Shown piece after piece: positions 29,372-37,342 of a DNA stretch of 64,000 nt. Under the pieces are notes generated by a model. It was given only the letters and a program-made list of their open reading frames with translations. It did not search any database and was not told where the DNA came from. Within the stretch, counting starts at the first letter, position 1, and the number at the start of each line of letters is the position of its first letter. The stretch comes from a virus (Duplodnaviria; Caudoviricetes): positions 25,265-89,264 of IMG/VR virus record IMGVR_UViG_2811995239_000002, one strand, 5' to 3'. Made by a program: the position numbers and the translations under genes.

Positions 29372-30184
29372 TTAAACGGAGCCTTCGTAAATCGGGAGGT
29401 CTTCGCCGAGCTGGTTTTCCATATCGGTAACGATTTCCTGGAAGGCATGCTCAACGACTTTCTTCGGTTCGATCAGCTCATACCAGAGGATCAACTGACC
29501 ATCACGCAGTCGGTAACGGATGCGGGCGTCAACCTGATATGGCGAACCGTTATGGAATGGAGAAATTGCCAGGCTGATTTTTTCCGGCATTTTGGTATTA
29601 CCAGAACCGGATTTTTCATCGCTGAACTGGAACTGGCAGGTGCCATCCGAAAGGCGCTTAACTGACTTGAATTCAGATTTGCGTGTTTCCTGGAATTCGA
29701 GAACCATTTCCAGAAGTTCTGTACCCGACGGGCCCTGGTATGAATCACTAACCGGCGCAACATTCTGAATATTGTTTTCCAGAAATTCAGCAAAGTTGAT
29801 CTGGTCCATTTTGGTGCCATCGTTGGCTGTCCATGATTTCCATTCGTCGGAGAACGGGCAGTCATAAACAGCTTTATGTGCAGCCCAGCTAGGATTGTCA
29901 GCGTTCTGGTGGAAATCAAGCACGGCGACAATACGCGTTTTGGTTTTATCCGCGAAAACTACAGTACGTTCATCACGGAATCGCTGGATATAGGCGATCA
30001 GCGAACCGGGAGAAATCAGGTTTGCGGCCTGACGGATACGCGATGGAGCGAGTTGCAGACTCTCAAGAGATTTGACTTCAAAACCTTCTGGCACAACGAC
30101 AGACGGGATATCCGTTGAGGTCTTCAGCGTTGCAGAGACCAGATCACGGATATCGAGCACGGTAGAGCCTTCAATTTGAGACAT
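29372..30184 (-). CDS. yfdQ: YfdQ/DUF2303 family protein
   Basis: AVLDFH, Q..FAEFLE, ARIRYRL motifs. Confidence 0.75.
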   Translation of the reverse strand: MSQIEGSTVLDIRDLVSATLKTSTDIPSVVVPEGFEVKSLESLQLAPSRIRQAANLISPGSLIAYIQRFRDERTVVFADKTKTRIVAVLDFHQNADNPSWAAHKAVYDCPFSDEWKSWTANDGTKMDQINFAEFLENNIQNVAPVSDSYQGPSGTELLEMVLEFQETRKSEFKSVKRLSDGTCQFQFSDEKSGSGNTKMPEKISLAISPFHNGSPYQVDARIRYRLRDGQLILWYELIEPKKVVEHAFQEIVTDMENQLGEDLPIYEGSV

Positions 30185-30216
30185 TGAATATTTCCTTATC
30201 AGATTGGAACGGGGTA

Positions 30217-30576
30217 TTACTGGGCAAGCTTGATAGGCGCGGTCTGAGCGGTTGGCTCGATGACTTTCAAATCAAGCTGGGTTTGCGACGGGTCGTCGCG
30301 GAGCAGATCGCCATCAGAGGTTGAGAACATAATGGTGTCAGCGCGGTCAAGTTCAGGGATGGTGCGGCTTACTTTCGGCGTGACTTTCATAGTGTTTTCG
30401 TCACGGGTATTCAGCATCTGGCAGTTCAGCGTCAGTGTTACGGCACCTTTTTTACCCGTTTCCCGTACAGCCTTAATTACTTCAGCCAGCGCCTCAGTAA
30501 GTTCAGCATCCAGAGTGCCTTTATTGATATAAGCAAGGTGCTGGCTAAACGGCGTGGTATTTTTTGTTTCGGACAT
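30217..30576 (-). CDS. yfdP: YfdP-like protein
   Basis: V..TGKKG.VTL and DG.L.RDDP.Q motifs; paired with yfdQ. Confidence 0.65.
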   Translation of the reverse strand: MSETKNTTPFSQHLAYINKGTLDAELTEALAEVIKAVRETGKKGAVTLTLNCQMLNTRDENTMKVTPKVSRTIPELDRADTIMFSTSDGDLLRDDPSQTQLDLKVIEPTAQTAPIKLAQ

Positions 30577-30759
30577 AATTCTCTCCAGTTATAAACATGG
30601 ATCGCCTTTCTGGGTAAGTAGCCTGTACATCCAGCTACGGCGCCAGGCACGAGCGATGGTTTTTTGATTGCGAACAGCCTGCACACCTCGCGGGACGCGC
30701 ATCAGGTCGCCGTACTGAAAATTAACGTTACGGAAGGTCATATAAGTCACCGATGAATT

Positions 30760-30824
30760 TGGTGTCCGGCAGGAGTTGAACCTGCGCAGGGGAGGGAAGC
30801 CCAGCCGACACCGGAAGCGGACAC
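30760..30824 (-). ncRNA. tRNA-like element (acceptor stem plus T-arm, no D-stem)
   Basis: GTGTCCG/CGGACAC 7-bp stem stacked on GCAGG-TTCAACT-CCTGC, ending ...CACCA. Confidence 0.5.
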
Positions 30825-30913
30825 ATTGAATAAAAAGGGCGGTTACCCATCAGAACATTATCTTCTTCCTCCTTTGGAATGGTTGAAGACTGGATAACCG
30901 CCAAATGCTTAAT

Positions 30914-31798
30914 TCATTCCTCAGCTCTGACAAACTGCCCTTTATCATTCAGGCAATAAGGGACATTGGCCTCAATACCATTTTCACCAACATAAGCCAC
31001 CGCAAAGCGAGTGCGTTCTCCGTCATGCCACGGAACAGCTGCGCAACCACCCTCACCAAGAACAACGCGGCGCACACTGCCAGCACATGCCACTACTGAA
31101 TTCTTTCCTGATGCCGTGATTTGGGCGGAGTCACCGCTGCTACCGATTTGGGCGGAGTCACCGCTGCTACCGATTTGGGCGGAGTCACCGCTGCTACCGA
31201 TTTGGGCGGAGTCACCGCTGCTACCGATTTGGGCGGAGTCACCGCTGCTACCGATTCGGGCGTAGTCACCGCTGCTACCGATTCGGGCGTAGTCACCGCT
31301 GCTACCGATTCGGGCGTAGTAACCGCTGCTACCGATTCGGGCGTAGTCACCGCTGCTACCGATTTGGGCGGAGTCACCGCTGCTACCGATTTGGGCGGAG
31401 TCACCGCTGCTACCGATTCGGGCGTAGTCACCGCTGCTACCGATTCGGGCGTAGTCACCGCTGCTACCGATTCGGGCGTAGTAACCGCTGCTACCGATTC
31501 GGGCGTAGTCACCGCTGTTGTTTTCCCCATCCACCTGGTCGCCAGAGAATTCCATGCTGGTAAGTTCGCCAACCATCTTGTCGGTAGCAGCCGTTTCAGT
31601 TTTTATAAACTCGGGATTGTCCAGGAACGTGGAGTACATCTTATCGACCAGCCAGCGCGCATCATCGAAACGCTTATCCGCAACAAGGGCACCATGTACA
31701 TCTGCGTATGCGCCGCCCTGCGGGAATTTATCCAGAAACCAGCGGAAGCCATCAGTACATGCATGCCAGTTTTTTACTTGTTCTTTGGTTATTTGCAT
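30914..31798 (-). CDS. Nonapeptide-repeat protein (SSGD[Y/S]A[R/Q]IG x15), probable beta-solenoid
   Basis: AC.DG..WF N-terminus, VGENGI.A...Y.L...G.F C-terminus. Confidence 0.85.
   Translation of the reverse strand: MQITKEQVKNWHACTDGFRWFLDKFPQGGAYADVHGALVADKRFDDARWLVDKMYSTFLDNPEFIKTETAATDKMVGELTSMEFSGDQVDGENNSGDYARIGSSGYYARIGSSGDYARIGSSGDYARIGSSGDSAQIGSSGDSAQIGSSGDYARIGSSGYYARIGSSGDYARIGSSGDYARIGSSGDSAQIGSSGDSAQIGSSGDSAQIGSSGDSAQIGSSGDSAQITASGKNSVVACAGSVRRVVLGEGGCAAVPWHDGERTRFAVAYVGENGIEANVPYCLNDKGQFVRAEE
31118..31517. repeat. 27-bp tandem repeat, ~15 units of three variants
   Basis: Units GATT(T/C)GGGCG(G/T)AGT(C/A)ACCGCTGCTACC abut with no spacers. Confidence 0.97.
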
Positions 31799-31944
31799 TA
31801 AGCGACCCTCGAAATAAGAAGAATTAAAGTTATGGTCAGGGTTACGCCAATGAAGGTAGTGAACCCGGTATTTGAGCTGAAATGTTTACGGCGCCAGCGG
31901 AGCACATCACGCCCCGTCAACTGATAGATGTGTTCAGGTTTCAT
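31798..31944 (-). CDS. Small membrane protein, 48 aa (MKPEHIYQLTGRDVLRWRRK...)
   Basis: AAGGAG RBS, C-terminal TM segment, TAATG coupling to the repeat gene. Confidence 0.65.
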   Translation of the reverse strand: MKPEHIYQLTGRDVLRWRRKHFSSNTGFTTFIGVTLTITLILLISRVA

Positions 31945-32002
31945 CGTTGGTGCTCCTTTTCATATCGGGGAGTGCACTGCATCGAATGCACTTTCAGGCA
32001 TG

Positions 32003-32030
32003 AAAAAAAAGCCCGTCATGGGAGGCGGGC
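32003..32030 (-). terminator. Early-left terminator (tL)
   Basis: GCCCG...CGGGC hairpin followed by T8 on the minus strand. Confidence 0.8.
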
Positions 32031-32065
32031 AAAGACTACACACAGCAATGGTTGATTCAGGGGTG

Positions 32066-32275
32066 CTAATAGCCAAATGTGTTTAAGGCATCGACATGAG
32101 TTGGTTTTCTTGGGATTTCGCTTGCGGGGAAGGTTTTCTCCCAGTGCTTATATAGTCTGGCTGCTATGTTTGCCCGTTCAGCTGTAGTGAAGGTGCCAAG
32201 CGACTGGGTCGTCTTTAGTTGAGTGCTTCTCACACTAGCGGAAAAACCAAAATGACTTTTGTGCGTATATTTCAT
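32066..32275 (-). CDS. Hypothetical early protein
   Basis: ATGA overlap, GGAGG RBS. Confidence 0.55.
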   Translation of the reverse strand: MKYTHKSHFGFSASVRSTQLKTTQSLGTFTTAERANIAARLYKHWEKTFPASEIPRKPTHVDALNTFGY

Positions 32276-32361
32276 GAAAGTGCCTCCACGAATTCAGCAA
32301 AGCTAAGTGCTTCTTCGCCTTCAGCCAGACTTTCAAAATACTCTTCGTATGCTTTATCCAT
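32272..32361 (-). CDS. Small acidic protein, 29 aa (MDKAYEEYFESLAEGEEALSFAEFVEALS), first pL gene
   Basis: GGGGG RBS; start at 32361 rather than 32547. Confidence 0.6.
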   Translation of the reverse strand: MDKAYEEYFESLAEGEEALSFAEFVEALS

Positions 32362-32418
32362 CGTGTGACCCCCATTCAGTGGATTAGTAAAAGGCCCGAA
32401 GCCTTTGATTAATACACT

Positions 32419-32485
32419 AACCCGCATTGCCGACATCCTGTCCCGCCACGGTTCCGACGCATGGTTTAAAGTCGCGCCGTTCGAC
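32419..32485 (-). ncRNA. putL-like antiterminator RNA (HK022 type)
   Basis: GTCGAACGGCGCGACTTTAAACCATGCGTCGGAACCGTGGCGGGACAGGATGTCGGCAATGCGGGTT closely matches HK022 putL as I recall it; lies just downstream of pL and before a hairpin/U-rich site; no N gene seen. Confidence 0.75.
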
Positions 32486-32547
32486 CATCTCCAGCAAACC
32501 CGTCCGTAACGTTTACGGTTGGGTATCTTTCCGCTGTTGATGTGCAT

Positions 32548-32601
32548 AATGTAGGATATCCAACATTAGTGTGTCAAGAACGTATGTAGGATAACCAACA
32601 T
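32548..32601 (-). promoter_or_regulatory. pL with operators OL (32549-32566, 32584-32601)
   Basis: TTGACA-N18-TACATT on the minus strand; 18-bp quasi-palindromes ATGTAGGATA[T/A]CCAACAT. Confidence 0.8.
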
Positions 32602-32616
32602 ATTTTGTTTGGGCAC

Positions 32617-32642
32617 AAAAAAACCGAGCTGTTGCTCGGCTT
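32617..32642 (-). terminator. cI terminator
   Basis: CCGAGC-AACA-GCTCGG hairpin followed by T7 on the minus strand. Confidence 0.8.
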
Positions 32643-32659
32643 ATTGGAGGGGAAGGGGA

Positions 32660-33313
32660 TTAGAAATCCATTATGACTTGTTTAACCAAACCTACGATTG
32701 TGCAATTTTCACCACATTCTATAGCTTTGTAGTTTGGGTTTAGCGGTACTAGGTATCTATGAGGCCAGTCTTCGACAAATTTTTTCAAAGTTGCTTCATG
32801 TCCACCATCGAGATAGGCGACAACTATTTTTCCATTCAGAGCTTCAATGTCCATGATCTCTGGCTCTACGATGATCACCGAATCCTCTGGTATTGATGGA
32901 GCACCTGATGGGTTTGTCATTGAATCTCCACGCACCCTTAAAGCAAAGGCACCATCAGAAACTAACGCGGTGGTATACACCCATTCCTTTGCATCGTCAG
33001 CTCGAATTCCTGGATCGGTTCTTGTCCATGAACCAGCTTGTACCCATGAAATTAGCGGAACTTCTTTTACATTAAATATTTCAGGTTTCAGGTTGAGCTT
33101 AGGCTTTGGATCACCTTTGCCTGATACAAGCCAGAGTGGGTCGCATTGAAGCGCATTCGCTAATGACTGAAGGTTTGCGCCGTTTGGCTGATAGTCGTCC
33201 TTTTCCCATCCCGTAACCGTGACACGATTCACACCAGCCATCTCAGCTAGTGCCTGTTGCGTCAACTTAAGTTCTTTCCGCCTTTGGCGGATACGGTCGC
33301 TCATATTCATCAT
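32660..33313 (-). CDS. cI: CI repressor (HTH plus S24 autopeptidase)
   Basis: HTH, VQAG cleavage site, VRGDSM, TLKK; start is one of 33313, 33310 or 33304. Confidence 0.93.
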   Translation of the reverse strand: MMNMSDRIRQRRKELKLTQQALAEMAGVNRVTVTGWEKDDYQPNGANLQSLANALQCDPLWLVSGKGDPKPKLNLKPEIFNVKEVPLISWVQAGSWTRTDPGIRADDAKEWVYTTALVSDGAFALRVRGDSMTNPSGAPSIPEDSVIIVEPEIMDIEALNGKIVVAYLDGGHEATLKKFVEDWPHRYLVPLNPNYKAIECGENCTIVGLVKQVIMDF

Positions 33314-33378
33314 GTAGGCAATCCTACCATTTTTATTATGTAGGATTCTTGACATTGTTATGTTGGATATCCTACATT
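33312..33378 (+). promoter_or_regulatory. pR and operators OR (33312-33329, 33338-33355, 33360-33377)
   Basis: TTGACA(33349)-N18-TACATT; OR1 ATGTTGGATATCCTACAT is the reverse complement of OL1. Confidence 0.8.
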
Positions 33379-33408
33379 AAGTCTAAATTAAACCGTCGGA
33401 GAACAAAC

Positions 33409-33606
33409 ATGAGGAAATCCGAAGTTATTAATTATTTCGGAGGTGTCTGTAAAACCGCATTAGCTCTTGGGATTAAGCATCCGTCAGTATCCGAATGGCC
33501 TGAAATAATTCCAGAAGTTAGGGCATATCAGGTTGAAAAAATCACCAACGGGCGTTTGAAGTTTGACCAGTCGCTTTATCAAAATTCTACTGATTCAGCC
33601 GGGTAA
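33409..33606 (+). CDS. cro: Cro-like repressor
   Basis: V..YFGG..K.A.ALGI...SVSEW...IP motif, divergent from cI. Confidence 0.88.
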   Translation: MRKSEVINYFGGVCKTALALGIKHPSVSEWPEIIPEVRAYQVEKITNGRLKFDQSLYQNSTDSAG

Positions 33607-33631
33607 ACGTAACTACCAAAGGAAATTCAAT

Positions 33632-34102
33632 ATGGTAGAGCAAAGTCTCAAAGAAGTTGTGAAAGCGATGTGCAAGGCATATCCAGGCGGGCGTGAAGCT
33701 ATGGCTGGTGCTCTTGGTATGACGGTCACTCAGTTCAATAACAACCTGTATGAGAAAAACGGATGCAGGTTCTTTGAAGTCGCTGAGCTTGAGGCAATGG
33801 AAGATATTTCCGGCACAGCCGAACTGGCTGATTACTTTGCAAAGAGACGCGGCGCATTGCTGGTGGATGTTCCCAAATTCGAAGACCTTGATCGGGTCGA
33901 ACTATTCAACAAAGCCATGAAAACAGCCGCTATGCGTGGACATGTGGATCAGGTCATCAATCTCGCTCTGGAAGACGGGGTTATTGATGAAGCTGAAGCG
34001 GATGAAATCAGGCACTACCACAGGAAACACCTTGCAGCCAGAGAGGAAGAAGTGAAATCCATCCTTGCTGTCTTTGGTCGACGAAAGCCAAAGCGAGAGT
34101 AA
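33632..34102 (+). CDS. ymfL: YmfL-family (CII-position) regulator
   Basis: YPGGREAMAGALG...FNNNLYEKNGCRFF; DGVID..E motif. Confidence 0.75.
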   Translation: MVEQSLKEVVKAMCKAYPGGREAMAGALGMTVTQFNNNLYEKNGCRFFEVAELEAMEDISGTAELADYFAKRRGALLVDVPKFEDLDRVELFNKAMKTAAMRGHVDQVINLALEDGVIDEAEADEIRHYHRKHLAAREEEVKSILAVFGRRKPKRE

Positions 34103-34137
34103 CCCCTTACAGGCTCACCACGTAAGCAGGAGGGCCA

Positions 34138-34416
34138 ATGTATCAGGACGAAAATATCTACGTGACTATGCCCACGGTTTTTTCTCGTGAGGACGCCCCG
34201 TGGATTAAACAGCAGCTAGCAACACTCCCGGCAGGCATGCGGGAAAAAATCGCGATGGCGTATGCGCAGGCGTACCAGGAGGCGTTTGACGCTGAACCGG
34301 TGTCATTCCGGCAGCAGAACGCAGCACGGCGGAATGCTAACCGCCGATTGCGAGAGTTTTGCACGAGGTATACCCCGGCAGTCAGGGGCTATACGTCGCC
34401 CCCACCCAGGGCATGA
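34138..34416 (+). CDS. Conserved hypothetical phage protein
   Basis: AGGAGG RBS; NAARR.AN.RLR motif. Confidence 0.7.
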   Translation: MYQDENIYVTMPTVFSREDAPWIKQQLATLPAGMREKIAMAYAQAYQEAFDAEPVSFRQQNAARRNANRRLREFCTRYTPAVRGYTSPPPRA

Positions 34417-34576
34417 ATTTTTGAAACGGGTTTGGGGGAAAGGGGGCGGTGTTGGGTTTTAGCCCGAAGGGCTGGAACAGCTTTACCAGAAGAGATCGAT
34501 CTAACAGATAGATCACTGTATGGGGTTAAAACGTCGCATGGAAATCTGGACGTTTAGCCTTCCAAAAGGAGCCAAA

Positions 34577-34852
34577 ATGATTTATTCAGATGCTAACGAA
34601 AAATGGGCCCCGGTGCCGGTTGAGCCTTATTCCAGAGCTTACGAAGTCAGTAATCTGGGGCGGGTGCGCAGCATTCCACGCCTTGCTAACTCTGAATACT
34701 TTATTCGCCACATCCACGGCGGTTTTCTGAAAGGCCGGACACGAAAAGACGGAACCAAAACCGTTGTGTTGTCTGTTCAGCGTCAGCGCGCGAAGTTTGT
34801 GATAGCTGATCTGGTTGCTATGGCATTCGGGGAGGTGTCCGCCGATGCTTAA
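34577..34852 (+). CDS. NUMOD4-domain protein (no HNH nuclease domain)
   Basis: EKW.PV...YEVSNLGRVRS...LVA.AF. Confidence 0.75.
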   Translation: MIYSDANEKWAPVPVEPYSRAYEVSNLGRVRSIPRLANSEYFIRHIHGGFLKGRTRKDGTKTVVLSVQRQRAKFVIADLVAMAFGEVSADA

Positions 34853-36374
34853 CATCCAGCCGCGTGAAAAACAGATCGTCGCACTCAACATGCTGCGCAG
34901 TGCATGGAAGAAGAATAATTCGTTCATGCTCTACGCTCCGGTTGGTTTTGGTAAAACGGCTATTGCTGCACTGATCACTGATGGATTTGTCAGTCGTGAA
35001 ATGCGCGTAATGTTTGTGGCTCCGTACACCGTACTGCTGGATCAGACCGCATCCCGTTTCATTGAGTACGGTCTTCCTGGTGAAGAGATCAGTTACGTAT
35101 GGCGCGATCATCCGTCATACAACCCGAACGCACTCATTCAGATAGCCAGTGCTGATACGCTCATCCGTCGTGAATTCCCGGATAACATTGACTTACTGAT
35201 CGTTGATGAAGCGCACCTGAAGCGTAAAAAACTGCTGGAAGTTATCGACAATCTTACCCGCAACACTTCAACGAAGGTGATTGGCCTGTCCGGTACGCCG
35301 TTCGCTAAGTTCCTGGGCAATTACTATCAGCGCCTGATCAAGCCTACGACGATGAAGGAACTGATTGCCCTTGGCGCGTTGAGCAAATATGAGTTCTACG
35401 CGCCGTCGCATCCTGATCTGTCAGGTGTGGAAACGTCATATGTCGCGGGCTACGGCAGCGACTACAAAGAAGGCCAGCTCAGTAAGGTTATGAGTGAAGC
35501 CAAACTGGTTGGAGATATCGTTAAAAACTGGCTTGAGAACGGCGAGGACCGCCCGACGATTTGTTTCTGCGTCGATGTTGCCCACGCTAATTACGTCACG
35601 ATGGAATTTGCCCGCGCCGGGGTAACCGTTGAAGTTATGACGGCCAGCACCCCGCATGACGAACGTCAGCTGACGATCCGCCGTTTTGAGCAGGGCATTA
35701 CCAAAATCATCATTAACGTCGGCGTATTAGTCGCCGGGTTCGACAGTGATGTTCGCTGCATCATCTTTGCCCGCCCAACCAAAAGTGAAATGCGATGGAT
35801 TCAGACGCTTGGCCGTGGATTACGCGCGGCCCCTGGAAAAGATCACTGCCTCATCTTCGATCACAGCGGCACAGTGAACAAGCTGGGTTATCCCGATGAT
35901 ATTGAGTACGACTACCTCCCATCGTCATCTGACGGCATGGAAGAAGCCCCGCAGCGCGTCACTAAAACCGATGAGCCGGAGAAACTGCCGAAAGAGTGCA
36001 GCCAGTGCCATTACGTGAAACCAGCCGGAATTTATATCTGCCCGAAATGCGGTTTTAAACCGCTGGCCGGGGAGGATGTTGAAACAGACAAATCCCGCGG
36101 ACTGACAAAGGTCAGCAAAGCAGAAGTCAAATACACCGCAGAGCAGAAGCAATCCTGGTGGTCACAGATTCTTTTCTATCAGCGCACCCGTGCGGCACAG
36201 GGACGCCCTGTCAGTGACGGATGGTGTGCGCATACCTATCGACAAAAATTCGGTGTGTGGCCGAGAGGGTTACATAACACCCCGCAGCAAATCACACCTG
36301 AAGTAACGAATTTCATCAAATCAAAACTGATCGCCTTTGCGAAAAGGAAAGAGAAACAAGGGGAAGCCGCATGA
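34845..36374 (+). CDS. SF2 DEAH helicase with Zn ribbon (replication)
   Basis: APVGFGKT, DEAH, SGTP, Q..GRGLR, C..C...CPKC. Confidence 0.92.
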   Translation: MLNIQPREKQIVALNMLRSAWKKNNSFMLYAPVGFGKTAIAALITDGFVSREMRVMFVAPYTVLLDQTASRFIEYGLPGEEISYVWRDHPSYNPNALIQIASADTLIRREFPDNIDLLIVDEAHLKRKKLLEVIDNLTRNTSTKVIGLSGTPFAKFLGNYYQRLIKPTTMKELIALGALSKYEFYAPSHPDLSGVETSYVAGYGSDYKEGQLSKVMSEAKLVGDIVKNWLENGEDRPTICFCVDVAHANYVTMEFARAGVTVEVMTASTPHDERQLTIRRFEQGITKIIINVGVLVAGFDSDVRCIIFARPTKSEMRWIQTLGRGLRAAPGKDHCLIFDHSGTVNKLGYPDDIEYDYLPSSSDGMEEAPQRVTKTDEPEKLPKECSQCHYVKPAGIYICPKCGFKPLAGEDVETDKSRGLTKVSKAEVKYTAEQKQSWWSQILFYQRTRAAQGRPVSDGWCAHTYRQKFGVWPRGLHNTPQQITPEVTNFIKSKLIAFAKRKEKQGEAA

Positions 36375-37342
36375 ATACCAAACAAGCCGCAATTGGTCGC
36401 TGGGCTGAAATTTTTGAGCATTACGGCCTGCCTGGCATCACCGGGAAGAACCATTTCAAAGGGGAATGTCCGTTATGCGGACGCAAGGGGAAATACCGCT
36501 GCGACAACAAGAACGGCACCGGCTCATATATTTGCGTATGTGGTTCTGGAGATGGCTGGTCCCTGCTGTCTGGTTTTACTGGCAAAGAGTTTAAGGTACT
36601 GGCCGCTGAAGTGGATCAGATCATCGGCAACGAGTACACCGCTGACCGTACAAGAGTAAACCCTGTACGCACAACGCTGGCGCAACAGCGTGATCGGGTC
36701 AGCCGCAAGTTTGCAAAGCTCACTCCGCTGCGCGGCACCAGCGCAGACAGTTACCTGAAGGGAAGGGGAATTAACTCCCTGCCTTCTGAGAGCGTCAAAT
36801 ACTGTGACAAACAGCCAGTAGACGGTAAAAACCTCCAGGCGATATATGCGCTGGCTACAGATGACCGTGGAGAACTGTGTTACCTGCACCGCACTCTGCT
36901 TGATGGTGACAAGAAGGCCCATACAGGTGGCGCATCCAAGAAGATGATGAAATTGCAGGAAGACAGCTATTTAGAGTTTGCTAAATCTGTAGCCATCCGA
37001 ATGTTCCCGACTGCTTCAACGCTGGGCATCGCTGAAGGTATCGAAACAGCTTTGGCCTGCCATCAGATCACCAAATGTCATACCTGGGCAACGATGAACA
37101 CGGCCTTCATGAAAAAGTTCCGTGTTCCTGCCGGGGTAAAGAACCTGATTATTTTCGCTGATGCGGATTCTAACGCTGCCGGGCACGCTGCCGCATTTGA
37201 ATGTGCCGCCGCAAACCTGCATGCGAAGAACGATCTGGAGACTGTATCTGTACGCTGGCCTGCCCAGGGTGACTTCAACGATCTGCTTCTCAATGGCTCT
37301 GAGGTATTCGAATGGGTATTCCACAAGGGGACGAAGCAGTGA
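36371..37342 (+). CDS. Primase (Zn-binding plus TOPRIM)
   Basis: CPLCG...C.CG.GDG, AEGIETAL, ADAD, GDFND. Confidence 0.9.
   Translation: MNTKQAAIGRWAEIFEHYGLPGITGKNHFKGECPLCGRKGKYRCDNKNGTGSYICVCGSGDGWSLLSGFTGKEFKVLAAEVDQIIGNEYTADRTRVNPVRTTLAQQRDRVSRKFAKLTPLRGTSADSYLKGRGINSLPSESVKYCDKQPVDGKNLQAIYALATDDRGELCYLHRTLLDGDKKAHTGGASKKMMKLQEDSYLEFAKSVAIRMFPTASTLGIAEGIETALACHQITKCHTWATMNTAFMKKFRVPAGVKNLIIFADADSNAAGHAAAFECAAANLHAKNDLETVSVRWPAQGDFNDLLLNGSEVFEWVFHKGTKQ

Noticed and set aside
30760-30786. Duplicated argW 3' end (att site)
   Set aside because: Similar to the tRNA end but with several mismatches and an indel, has its own complementary 5' strand, and lies mid-operon rather than at a prophage boundary
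31118-31517. Possible CRISPR array
   Set aside because: The 27-bp units abut with no unique spacers, stay in frame inside a gene, and no cas genes are present
31011-31801. Alternative-frame repeat ORFs (31011-31265, 31093-31572, 31121-31801)
   Set aside because: Open only because the 27-bp repeat lacks stops; the 30914-31798 frame has the RBS, coupling and non-repeat domains
32362-32547. N-terminal extension of the first pL ORF as a possible Arg-rich N protein
   Set aside because: It starts at the pL -10 region and overlaps the putL-like RNA; the RBS supports the start at 32361
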